Source: Lingula anatina
Taxonomy: Eukaryota; Animalia; Brachiopoda
Assembly: GCA_051362555.1 (NCBI GenBank)
Contig: CM120646.1
Span: forward strand, 7,812,001 to 7,876,000
Reading direction: 5' to 3'
Length of the DNA: 64,000 nt
Shown here: positions 37,860-50,299 of the stretch, one piece after another
How positions within the stretch are numbered: position 1 is the stretch's first letter
How the letters are laid out: every line of letters starts with the position of its first letter
The notes under the pieces: model-generated
What the model was told of the DNA's origin: nothing
Database searches by the model: none
The model's input: only the letters and a program-made list of their open reading frames with translations
Made by a program: the position numbers and the translations under genes

Positions 37860-39473
37860 CTATATAATAAGAACAAATAAAAAATATTTAGAATTATATT
37901 TAAAAATCATGGGAAATGTTTAACAATAAATCCCTCAATTATTCAATTTATATTCTGGAGAGTTGATTTTAGAGAGTTGATTTTATGTTGAGTGTCATAA
38001 TGTGATCTGATGTGATAAAATGTGATGTATCAATCCTTGTAATTGGTTTATATTGTTCATTTGTGTTCGTGTTATGTGTTGACAGGCTTTGAGCTGTGGA
38101 CTATAGTATTACTGTAAATCCCATAATAAGTTCACAAAATTTACAAACGTAGCAGCAGAGAGGTAAATAAGGTCATGTCGTTTTATTGTTTTTTCATTCA
38201 ACTATAACATCAAACACTTTTATCGGGTGCAAAGTGCTTCTACCATGCAGGTGGCATTTTTACGATTCTTGCCATAAAAAAGGGTAGCACCATGATTATT
38301 CGAAGAGGTATGAATTTTTTTCTTCGATCGTTGATGCAGAATTTATCATCATCTTGGTTAAAATTGACATATGAATTTGCTTTTCTTTTTCACCTTTTGA
38401 AAGCCTGCGTCACTTGAGGAGTCTATGGAGGTGATCTCCATGTTGTTTATAAAAAGATTAGGTGGACAAATCTTCCAGTCATTTAATTATTTTAAAGCAG
38501 AGAAAGGCACATTTAGGTCCTTCCGTCAGATAAATTTAGATTTGCAAACAGCAATACAGAATTACTTAATGGCTTTATCTTAACTTTATCTTTATCGACA
38601 GTTTTCTCACAGTCACCCCTTATAGACTTTATCTTTCATCTTTTCATTAACGATATCAATGAAATATTCTACACTTTAAAGCAAAGTACAAAATACCTCT
38701 GGAAAAATGCCTCTAAATACACTAAATTATATTTCATTTTCTTTCTATGAATATTCCAGAGATTATAAAATCTAATAATTATTTATCCCCATTGCAAATA
38801 AATGTCACAGCAAGATAAATTCAGACCGACATAGACCAGATTAAATGTAAAGGCACTCTGTACGGGATTTACCTGCCAAATTGACCCTTCCTCTGCAAAG
38901 GTCAGTTTACCACTATACAAATCATTCCCTGCCCTTCGAATCTGTATTTTATTCCATTTTTTGTTTAGTTTTGATTTGACTTGAAATTACTGACCAGTCA
39001 TTTCAATTTTGACTCAGATATTTTAACAAATTGTTCTTCTAAAGGCCTATGATCAGCTTCTATCCCTCTATAATCCAGACAGATGGGAAACTTTTAAAAT
39101 AAGCCTCAAGCACAGGATTCTAGGGTTAATTGTTACCATAAAGTGGACACTTAGAATCCTGTGCTGGAGGAAAAATTCAAATTTTCCTCTTCTATCAGAA
39201 CTTAAGGCACTTATTCAATAATCAATCTTATTGTTTATCCAAATGAAATTGTAACAACTAAACTATGACATGACAATTCACAACTATGATGTCATAATCA
39301 CATCCATAACTAAAGCAAAAGATTCAAAGAGCTTTAATACAGATAGAATGAAATTAACAGCTGATAAGAAATCCGCCAATCAACCGGCAAAGGGTTCCAT
39401 AGGAAAGTCTCAAACACTAAAATGGACTATTATGTAGCACAAGTAAAATTAATGCATTGCAAATGGCACTTAC

Positions 39474-39515
39474 CTGTCGAATTCGAAGGGCTTTCTGTGG
39501 TGGTCATTGAGGGAG
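39474..39515 (-). CDS. Gene 2 stalk micro-exon after C2 (APSMTTTESPSNST)
   Basis: tctttcag| 42 bp G|gtaagt. Confidence 0.8.
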
Positions 39516-39824
39516 CTGAAAGAAAGCATTTAAACGATACTTAATATCCAATCACATTCTAGCCTGATAAGAGCTGCAATTATGTATTGTCACCAGTTAT
39601 GTAGTGATAAGTACAGCTTATTTCAATGCAGAATGGTTCAGAAAAGTGCAGCGCTAAAATGAAGCACGTAGTCGGTAAGCATCGAAGCATGTTTTTTCCT
39701 GATTTAGTTTGAAAAAAGGGTCCACCACCCTGGCAAGTGTCTCGAGTCTAACTTGTGATATATTGGTATTTTCTTTTCAGTTTTTGACATAAAAAACTCA
39801 TTCAGGCACCAATTTTGTACATAC

Positions 39825-40136
39825 CAGCACTTTCAGGAACCATGATTTTCGTTGTGATCTGACTTATAAGTGAGTCGTGTAGTAGCTGGCAAATTAATTC
39901 CACTGGATCTGCTTGGGTTGCCATCACTTCAACTGCACTTTCGACCAGAAAAGTGTCTCCCTGGCTTTGCTCATTTCTAGAGGTTTCATTTAACGCAACC
40001 TGCATCTGGTCAGAACTCTGCATTTTAAACCATCTTATCTCAGGTGCTGGTCTGCCGCCATCAGAGGAACAAGTTACCCGGTAGGTATCTGTGGCAACTT
40101 GGGGTCCGCGTCTAATCTGAGGTGGGTACGGTCGAT
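39825..40136 (-). CDS. Gene 2 C2-type Ig exon, second copy (C2), 312 bp
   Basis: ttttacag|AT ... G|gtatgt, open frame. Confidence 0.9.
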
Positions 40137-40642
40137 CTGTAAAAGATACAAAGAAACAAGACATGGGGTTTACGTTTTGTATGGGTTTGTGTTATGTTAA
40201 CCCCAATATCTGATATTCAAAAGCAAGTGTAACACTGTGTTCATTAGTCTATCATATTAAATAATTATTCCCCGAAAACCTGTAAAGTTTTTAGGTTTAA
40301 TGTGTCTGTCCATAGAAGGTCTTGGCAAATTTTCAGCAACTGCTTTTGGCAAGCGTGACAACATTTATTTCTTAGAAAAAAACTTGCAAAGATATGTTTG
40401 GACAAGCCTGATTTGTAGTTCACACTCGAAAAGAGATCAAACCATAATCTGATAATTGCGTTTTAAGAAAACAACTGTATGGTTAGAAAAGGGATTATAT
40501 TCTGATTGTAAAGACTGCAAAGGTTTAAAAGTTAAAATCTGAATTTCATTTTTGAGAATGTGCATCAACTTCTTCTTAAAACTGCCTCTCCTCCCTGTTC
40601 TATCATAATGTATTCATGCGCTACCTGAAAGAAAAATCTTTT

Positions 40643-43600
40643 AACATGTTATTATTTGAAATGTTAATTATTAAGTAGTAGGCCTTCATCAAAGATTTTT
40701 TTTTTTTTACAAAATGTGACATGCATCTATAGATCCCTGTCGCAAACTCAGCTTGGACTCTCAGATGCGACATGCATCTACATGCATAGATTCATGTTGC
40801 ACCCCTAGCTTAATTGGACTAATTGGTAATAAGGCTAGCAATAATGAAAATAATAAGCAATAGTTATAAAAATGAACTAAAAGTTAATAAATAAAGTTAA
40901 AATTTGAGAATCCCCAGGAGCTTTGAGATGGGGGAATCTCAGCCTCTACTTTTCATGCAAATATAAGCAGTAAATTCACTATGTACATTCCAATCCCTTT
41001 ATTATTTATAAGCTGAGAGGTTTTACATCACTAAGGAGATCAAATCTGGTATCATGGGGCAATAAATGTTATGCAACTTTGAACATGTGAACTTTTGGTA
41101 GCCCTTGCACTGGAAGTCTAAGTAGTTGCAAAGGAGAACGTGAACCTACTGTATTGACATTGTAGCAGTGAAAACCTATTTCCCAAATGCAAACAATTAT
41201 TCCGTGATAATTGTGTTCGTACAGTGGTCGGAATAATTTTGTTTCCGTTGTACACCGGTGTAACATCGTTCGAAATGTTTTAGTCCCTATCTTGTGAATA
41301 GAAGGGGGCGGACAAACAATGGAGGGCCGTATAAATCCCTTCAAAATTCGAACGCACAAACACAATAGCTTAGGTGGAATAACACAATACTTAATACGAG
41401 TGAACCCTATGACGCCGGTTTCTGTGGCCCAGCGCGAGCGTGACAATCCGCTGTAACTAGGTGTAATTAACAGCAGGATACATCAGCCAGAAGGTCCCTA
41501 TTGTTTGTTGCGGCGATAGGATTATAGCTTGAAGAGGCTATAAACCCATGCTAAGGCGTGCCACGCGAAGCGAACTGTCCTTTAGTTCACTAGTTTGGCA
41601 CGCGCAGCTGGTTTTTACTGTTGCTAACAAACTGCTAGTTAAATTTGTTATCAGTTATTTCATCCTATATGAAATTTCCGCAGTCAAAAATTGAACTAAT
41701 TATTGTTTGTTTGGTTGAAATGCATGAGCGTCAGCATCAATCTGTCTCAAAAAATTCCTATTGCATTAATTTATAAATGTATAATTTATTTATGTACTTA
41801 CGTTTTAATTTGAAATATCTGCATTCAAGCGTTCAAGTATTTATAAAACATGAATGATAATGAAAGAGGAATAAGGAAATAACATATTACTTATAGTATG
41901 CTTAAGTTATATTATAATATTGAAATTAAATGAGGTGCATTGACATAGGCGCAATGACAATCCAACTACAACGTGCAACAGGGGGAAGTCTGGCTGTATG
42001 ATCATACAATATACGAAAGTACGGTCAATTAAAAGTGTAAATCAGCAGTTAAAGAGGAGGGGGTCTTACTATAGCTCGCTATCTATTGTTAAACCCGACT
42101 GTTATTATCTCTCGAACAAGCTTAAAGCATGCTTATACAATTACTGTGTCTCCGGCTGCCGTTCAGAAACACCATGTCGAACATATTTTGCTACAGTAAG
42201 AAACATGGTACACAAGCGACTTGTTTTAGATCACTCAAGAAAGGATGCATACGTGCGACACCAGAGGAAAAACAATCAAGTATGCATCTGATCCATTAAT
42301 AGTAATTGCACAGTGCATGTTACTAGACCTTTGTCCTAACTCAGTAGTTAGGAATAGGATGTTTGGATAAAAAGCTTCTATTCAACTCGCTTAGACCTAG
42401 GGCGTGATGCTATCATCCGATGAAACACGTAACTGAACCTTCTACCTGAACCTGAAGTCCCTTTAGCTGAAACAAAAACTGCCCCTTGAACATGTCCATT
42501 TTTTAATCGTCAAATGATTTGTGATTTCATTGAACGTCTTTGATCGAAAGCTTTCAAGTGACAATAACCGAACCGTGTGTTGATTATTTATTAAAGCGTA
42601 ATTAAGTTTATTCAACATGATCTATTTTGTAAACGATACTTGCCAAGACTGAGCTTGGATTGATCACCGTCACTATTTAGCTACTCGCCTATAATGCGTG
42701 CTGAACGACAGACAACTTAAAAATATTATCTGTGTAACTGTGCAAATGAATGCATTTAGTTAAAATATAACGAAGCCGGCATTTAATCCATCGAACATAT
42801 TTATATTTGTTCTTTTAAAACCAGTGTAATGTTAACGCCAAATCAAAGCAAGCCTTGCAGACTGGTTTTGTTTAAACTGTCGTGCATCAAGTAAAGCTAA
42901 GTAAAGCCTGTTTCTACTTTGCAGTGTTCATCCCAGCCATAAAACTGCATGAAGGATAACAAGACTCCGTAGACCTGTGCTTCAGGTTTCCAGGAGTCCC
43001 GTGTAACACAAAAATATCGAAGGTCTGAGAGTAATACATATATGAGGCCGTGTATGAAAGATTTAACAAATTAGAAATTCAAGAATTTAAACATGCTAGG
43101 TACATGCACATCACTTAATAAGTCATTTCACAAAAATCGCATCTAATTGTTTAGATTAACCTTAACTTTTATTGATCTCATCCCATTGTCTCAACCACCT
43201 AAAAGAAATATAGAGAACATGAGGAAAAGTAACACGTTTACATGCAGGCGAAGGAGTTATGCTTCAAAATTAATCGCGAACAATAACAACAGCGACTAAA
43301 GACCGTTGCCTGTCTTTCACACTTTTACACAAACACACGAAGGTTTAATAAAGGGAGTCGCGGCGCGATATCTATCTCTTTCATTCGAACAAGCAAAGGG
43401 CTGACCCGAAGTAAGCTTCCTGTACTAATGTCCTTTTTATTGTATATTGTAATTACTCTACTTGCTCGCCTCCATTGTCTTGTAAAAGTGACAAAGAATG
43501 TGTTGTATTCACACACGAGTTGAAAGAACTTTGCATAACTCCTTTGCCTTAAGTTGCATAATGTCTTTCTCAAGGTTATAATCAGTGTGAAGAGGGTGTC

Positions 43601-45995
43601 TTGCCTCATTTAAAAAGGGTGTCGATCTTCATACTGGTTGTTGCTTAACTTATGCTAATCTTAAACTTTTATGTACCAATATGGTTTTAATAAATCGCCA
43701 AAATTATGAATTTAATGAACATTGTGTATCAAACGTTTTGATACGATTTAAATAAATGGACGAGGAGGATTACGGTATTAGGTTCTATTTACCTCTGGCT
43801 TTAACTTCGCCCTGCTATATAAATGAACAAATGTTGCAGATCGTAACAAAAAACTTTCTTATAGTGTTTTATGACGTATATGATTTACACATTTGATAGT
43901 GAAACACTCCTCGACTTTAACGAATCACCTGACGTAAACTGTCTACCCGCGCTCCCCGAAAAAACTGTTTCTTTTAATTTTGAAATGAATTGCTTTTAAG
44001 GCAAAGAAGTCCATTAAACCCTTTAGTCTCAATATCATTGTACAGCATGTTGTAATCGATATTTAAAAAAGTTAATTTTTGTACTCCGCTTTCATCGAGG
44101 ATACCTCAAGTTGAGGTTACAATTACGTCGCTCGCCTATGCTACTGGAATATATATTTAAGGACAATTAAGCTTTGTAAAGTCCCTATTGTCACACACCA
44201 TAGATACTTTATTTTGTCTTGAATCAAAAAATAGCCTCAAATTATCGTTTTGTGCTTAAACCTTTCATTACTTGAACCAAGATCTGTACTATAGCTACCA
44301 AGACGTACATGCATCAAGTTGGGTCTGCTGGGGGAGGGGAGCATTTAAATGATAAACGAGGAAGTCTACCTGCAAAAGCAGCAGCAGTGGTTTAAATAAT
44401 CGCTATCTAGACTCCTTTTTTCTTTCACAGCAACATAAAAAGTGTTTAGGGGGAAAGTCACACAAAGACCCGACGTTGTTTTGTCTTCAGCATTTCCTCT
44501 TCCTTGTTATCTGCAATTACTATCGTCAATTAATGAAATCGAGAAAGCAATTAAGTGACGGCACATTGAATATAGTCACTAGGTGCATTTCGCTGAGTGT
44601 TTACAAGATCTAGCGACACATTTTATCGCCACGCGTTCAAGTTTGATTAGTTTAGAAAATTAAACAGTTACTCTGGCGACTCTCCGTCATTGCTATGAAT
44701 CTGACATAGAATTTAGTCCAACATATTAGTAAATTCAGAATTATTAGCTAAAACGTAAATTGCCCTAATTTGTCAGATAATCAAAAAATGCCGGTGATCC
44801 ACGCGGAGGGTACGCTTTCCTGAAGCCGCTACGGCGACGAACGGCGACGATATTTTTCTGAATAGTGAACCTTTATTAGTTACGAAAAGCCCCCTTTTCA
44901 ACAGGCGCGTTTTATTAATTACTTCATGTCACAAAGTTAATTTATACAGGCAAAACTTTATTCAAGAAAATAGTTTCACGAAATGAACGAGAGTAAAATA
45001 TAAGTCGGCACAAATATAAGGCATACAACAATGAGTCATGTTATGGATCATGTTATGGGCCATGTCGGATTATAATGGCATACCTTGATGCAAAACAGTC
45101 TATCGTTTCTTCCACCGCGAGTCCCTTTATTTAATGTAATGTATTACTCATTACCCGTTTCATTTGACACTCTCTTTTTTTATCTCCCTTCCCCTTTCTC
45201 TTGTTAGAAGGAGGGTAAATAATAAAGCACTCAAAATCTGCACCACCAATCTTCAGAAAAACATAAGTCAACGAACCAGTGGGCTGATCCACAACATCCG
45301 ACACAGCAGAATGAATCAAATAACAGCTAGCACAAATTTACATGCAGTTAGCTATAGTGCCACTACATGTACATACATAATCAGCTGCACGCGCGAAGCT
45401 GTTGAACAAAAGGATAGTTCGCTACGGGAGACTGTTTGTTTACATAAGTACTCTAAGGGGGCGTGGCTACCCAGGCGACCAGGGGATTAGGCTAGTTACT
45501 ATATGCCGTCAACAATCGTTTAGCGACCCTATCATTATACACTCTCTCTATTGTATTTTCCACCGCATTAATCGCAGTGTAATCTTCAAATGGTCCACGG
45601 GGTAAATGTACACATTCTTAATCCTAGTACGGTACTTACATGTAGATGTAACCAATCTGTAGATTTCAGCTTGAATTAAAGATTGAAGTGAGCACGGCAT
45701 TAGTGAATTCATAGGACATCTGAGAGTCCAAGCTGAGTGTGCGACAAGAATCTATCGAAGCAAGTCGCATCTGAGAGTCCAAGCTCAGTGTGCGACAGGA
45801 ATCTATAGATGTATGTCGCAATTGAGAGTCTAAGCTGAGTGTGCGACAGGAAACTAAAGATGCATATCGCATCTGAGAGTCCAGGCTGAGTTCGCGACAG
45901 GAATCTATAAGTGCATGTCGCTTTTTGTAAAAATCCAAAAAAAGTCTCATAAAGTCCCACTACTTAATAAATCCCATTTCAAATAATAACATGTT
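40643..45995. mobile_element. About 5.35 kb composite insertion bounded by roughly 170 bp inverted repeats in the V2-C2 intron
   Basis: Ends aacatgttattatttgaaatg / catttcaaataataacatgtt. The subterminal 51 bp unit is mirrored. Removing it restores the paralogous intron text ...cttttgtcatatactttt. No transposase ORF. Confidence 0.75.
45717..45920. repeat. Minisatellite, about 51 bp x 4 (subterminal repeat of the 5.35 kb element)
   Basis: catctgagagtccaagctgagtgtgcgaca... repeated, which explains the repetitive ORFs at 45666-45960. Confidence 0.85.
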
Positions 45996-46043
45996 TTTGT
46001 CATATACTTTTCATTTCAATGCGCGTAAGTGACTTTTACTTAC

Positions 46044-46418
46044 ATACTAATTTGAGGGTCTGAGCCAATGATATTGACATGGGATTATTGAAAAAGGTGG
46101 AAACTTTGCAATGATAGCTCCCCTCATCTGCCAATGTGACTGTCCCAATTGTCAGCGAGAATGATGGATCAGAGACTGTCACCGTCACGTCAGTTCTAGA
46201 GGCAAAGGCGTTCTGCAGCTGGTAACTTCCGTCAGATATCACTATTCCCACTATTTGGCTTGAATCAGTCGTTCCATCTTTGTAGAAATACACGACCTGC
46301 ATGGTCTCTCCGGGATCCACTGTGTAACTGCACACAAGGTCCACTGTTGGTGGGATGCCGCTTTCAGGATTCATGACCAAGCCGTTAGAAGGTAAAACAG
46401 CCAGTGTCACTTCCAACC
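46044..46418 (-). CDS. Gene 2 V-set exon V2, 375 bp
   Basis: ttatatag|GG ... T|gtaagt, open frame. Confidence 0.9.
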
Positions 46419-47580
46419 CTATATAATAAGAACAAATAATAATTATTAAGAATTATATTTAAAAACCCTGGAAATGTTTAGCAATAAATCCCTCAATTTT
46501 TCAGTTTGTATTCCGAAGAGTTGATTTTAGTGTTGAGTGTCATTATGTCATCTGATGTGATATAAAGACATGTATCCATCCTTGTAATTGGTTTATATTG
46601 TAAAATACAAGTTCACTCATTAGTGTTCGTGTTATGTGTTGACAGGCTTTGAGCTGTGGACTAAAGTATTACTAAAAAGTTCACAAAATTTACAAACGTA
46701 GTAGCAGAGAGGTAAATAAGGTCATGTCATTTTATTGTCTTTTCATTCAACTATAACATCAAACACTTTAATCGGGGGCCAAGTACTTCTACCATGCAGA
46801 AGGCAATTTTACGATCCTTGTCATAAAAAAGGGTAGCACCATGATTATTAAAGAGGTATGAATTTTTTGTTGTATCGTTGATGTAGAATTTATTATCACC
46901 TTGGTTAAAAAATGACGTATGAAGTCGCTTTTGTTCTTCACCTTTTGAAAACCTGCGTCACTTGAAGAGTCTATGGAGGCGATCTCCATGTTGTTTATGA
47001 AAAGATTAAGTTGACAAATCTTCCAGCCACTTAATTATTTTAAAGCAGAGAAAGGCACATTTAGGTCCTTTCGTCAGATAGATTTAGATTTGCAAACAGC
47101 AGTACATTCCCTGCACTTCGAATCGTTATTTTATAACATTATTGGTTAAGTTTTGATTTTGTTTGAAATAACTGACCAGTCATTTCAATTTTGACTCAGA
47201 TATTTTAACAATTTGTTCTTCTAAAGGCCTGCAATAAGCTTCTACGCCTCGATAATCCTGACAGATATTCCTGAAATCTTGTCATAAAGTTGCTGGAGGA
47301 AAAAGTTCAAATTTTCCTCTTCTATCAGACCTTAATGCACTTATTCAACAATCAATCGTATTGTTTATCCAAATGAGATTGTAACGACAAAACTATGACG
47401 TGACAATTCACAACTATGATGTCATAATCACATCCAAAACTAGACTACAGATAGAATGATATTAACAGCTGATAAGAAATCCACCAGTCAACCGGCAAAG
47501 GGTTCCATAGGAAAGTGTCAAACACAACAACGGAATATTTTGAATCACAAGAAAACAAATGTATTACAAATGCCACTTAC

Positions 47581-47622
47581 CTGTCGAATTTGTAATGTTT
47601 TCTGTGGTGGCCGTTGAAGGAC
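47581..47622 (-). CDS. Gene 2 stalk micro-exon after C1 (GPSTATTENITNST)
   Basis: tcttccag| 42 bp G|gtaagt. Confidence 0.8.
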
Positions 47623-47639
47623 CTGGAAGAAAACATTAA

Positions 47640-47995
47640 AACGATACTCAATATCCAATCACCTTCTAGTCTGTTAAGAACTGCAATTATGTATAGTCAC
47701 CAGTTATGCAGTGACAAGTACAGCCTATTGCAAAGCGGAATGCTTCAAAAAGTGCAACGCTTAAATGAAGGACGAAGTCGGTAAGCATCGAAGTATGTTT
47801 TTTTCTGATTCAGTTTGAAAAAAGATACTTCAAATCCAACCACATTCTAGCCTGTTAAGAACTGCAATTATGTATATAGTCACCAGTTATGCAGTGATAA
47901 GTACAGCCCATGCAATTGCAAAGAGGGATGCTTCAAAAAAGTACAGCGCTAAAATGAAGCACGAAGTCGGTAAGCATCGAAGTATTTTTTCTGAT
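47640..47995. repeat. Local tandem duplication of about 185 bp in the C1-stalk intron
   Basis: ctgttaagaactgcaattatgtata...gaagtcggtaagcatcgaagtat occurs twice. Confidence 0.75.
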
Positions 47996-48111
47996 TTTTT
48001 TTAAGGGTCCACTACCCTGGCAAGTGTCTCGAGTCTAATTAGCGATATACTGATATTTTCTCTTTAGCTTTTGGCATAGAAAACTCATTCGATCAACAAA
48101 TTTCTACATAC

Positions 48112-48423
48112 CAGCACTTTCAGGCACCGTGATTTTTGTCGTGGTCTGACTTATAAGTGAGTCATGCAATAGCTGGCAAATTAATTCCACTGGATCTGCT
48201 TGGGTTGCCATCACGTCAACTGCACTTTCGACCAGAAAGGTGTCTCCCTGGTTTTGCTCATTTCCAGAGGTTTCATTTAACGTGACCTGCATCTGGTCAG
48301 AACTCTTTACTTTAAACCATCTTATCTCAGGTGCTGGTCTGCCGCCATCAGAAGAACAAGTCACCCGGTAGGTATCTGTGGCAACTTGGGGTCCTCGTGT
48401 AATCCGGGGTGGATTAGGTCGAT
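48112..48423 (-). CDS. Gene 2 C2-type Ig exon C1, 312 bp
   Basis: ttttcatttag|AT CGA CCT AAT... G|gtatgt, open frame RPNPPRITRGPQVATDTYRVTC. Confidence 0.9.
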
Positions 48424-48698
48424 CTAAATGAAAAAAAAAGAAAGAGATTAATTCTGGGACTGCCCTATGTCAGCATGTCCCTAAGCTTTCGTATAACTTA
48501 TTAAAAATTTGAAAAAAGACAACACAATTAGGGTCAAAGGGGGGAACATTTCTGTAAGGGTCTGATAATCTAAAAATAGCTGAAACTACTCCAGTTCAAA
48601 CTTTCAAATCATAATGCAATATTTAAAATTTTGGTATGGGATTCAACCAAATATATAAAGGACGTGAATTTGTGCCAGTCTGGATTTCGCTGAATGCC

Positions 48699-48998
48699 TT
48701 CCCGCAAGAAAACGCATTAGATTATCTACTACAGTGCAGTAGACTACTGCAAACCGCAGTAAAGTACTGCAATCATACTGCAAACTTGCTTCAAATCTGC
48801 TTCGATTTGGGAGCTAATTAGCATATTTGAAACATGCTTCTATCATGCTGCTAACCCACTGCATTAATGCTCCTCTCTGTACTTTTTGGAGTAGAATTGC
48901 AGTAAGCTATGCTGCATTTCTACTGCAAATATGCTCCACACCACTACTGCGTTAATGCTTTTTTGCTACGTCGATACTACTGCATTTTCGTGCGGGAA
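48699..48998. mobile_element. About 300 bp MITE
   Basis: TIR ttcccgcaagaaaacgca / tgcattttcgtgcgggaa with a tactgc/gcagta-rich interior. Confidence 0.7.
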
Positions 48999-49305
48999 TT
49001 GATTCACTAACGGTCATAAAACTGAATGCATTGTAATATCATTGTCCAATAATTCATAATATTTACAGCTATAGAAGGCGGGTTATGTGCACGATATTTC
49101 GATCATATTCTTAACAAATTTACGTAAAGTCATAAAGGATATTCAAAAGTGCTTCAAAACATTTTTAAATTCCAGTCCCTGTTCTGAGCGAGTTTCATCG
49201 ATATCACTTGCAGTTATGATTCAAGAGAAACTGTGCGTAATTTTTTGGTTCGACATTATACAATAAATGATTGTAAGATGATTCTACGACAATTCCCCAT
49301 GGACG

Positions 49306-49336
<31 letters not shown>

Positions 49337-49429
49337 AGGAATACGGTGGTAGTAATAATTATGTTTTCGTTGTATAATGTTTTAAAAACGTTTGAAAAGT
49401 GTTAATCCGTATCCTGTCAATAGAAGAGA

Positions 49430-49810
49430 CGTATAAATCCCTTCACAATTCGAAAATTCGAACGCAAAAACACAATAGTTTAGGCGAGTGAACACCATGA
49501 CGCAGGTATCTGTGATCCAGCGCGAGCACAACAATCCGCTGTAACTAAGTGTAACTAACAGCGGGATAAATCAGCCAGAAGGTCCCTATGGTTTGTTGCG
49601 GCGATAGGATTATAGCTTTAAGAGGCTAGAACCCATGCTTCTAAACCGCCTCCCGTAGCAAAGTTTGAAACTGTCCAGCTGATCATGAAACTGTCCAGCT
49701 GATCATGTTTAAAGAATGCTAGCAAACTGCTTATTTCATTCAACATGACGTGTTCCGTAGTCAAAAATTGAACTAAGTATCGTTTGTTTGATTAACATGC
49801 ATAAGCATCA
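49430..49810. repeat. Direct copy of about 41330-41720
   Basis: tcagccagaaggtccctat(t/g)gtttgttgcggcgataggattatagctt shared. Confidence 0.8.
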
Positions 49811-50299
49811 GAATCGTACATCATCATGATCAGCAATTCACCCTGTCTCTTATTGCAAATAGTACTTATAAATTATGAATGGTAATGAATGAGGAATAAG
49901 CAGCGAATAGCATTTTCATAAAGGCACAGTTTATGGCAAAAAAAGTTTTGAAGTTTAAAGATGTTCAGTACACAAATATCCATCATCAAGACCTGTGTAA
50001 AAAATAAAGATTAAAAGTAACAAAGAAAGCAACATCATTTTTAAAAATAATATTTACAGAACAAGCTGGTTTGTAGCCTCAATTACTAAAAATATTTATT
50101 TGATATGGACAATTGGCTTGAGTCAGTCTTATTTTATTAATTTTGTGAATGACAAATTCTCTATCGTCACCGTTGAATTACCATTATTATTTTACATCAC
50201 TAATCTTTTTTTAACAATCTTACTGTTAAGGCCTGGTTTAAGTTTGTTTAAGAGATATGATAGCTATCGCGCTTAACAACAGATTGCCAGCTATTGTGA

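Noticed and set aside
41069-43609. ORFs of 94-125 aa inside the 5.35 kb insertion
   Set aside because: No transposase, RT or other recognisable motif, so treated as chance ORFs.
45666-45960. Repetitive ORFs (SCRTLSLDSQ repeats) and a CRISPR-like look
   Set aside because: Head-to-tail 51 bp minisatellite with no unique spacers, in eukaryotic DNA. It is the subterminal repeat of a transposon-like insertion.
46317-46324. CACAGTG (RAG heptamer) on the minus strand inside most V exons
   Set aside because: It is simply the Tyr-Thr-Val codons (TAC ACA GTG). No nonamer at a 12 or 23 bp spacer, it lies mid-exon, and V5 and V1 lack it. No evidence for V(D)J-type signals.
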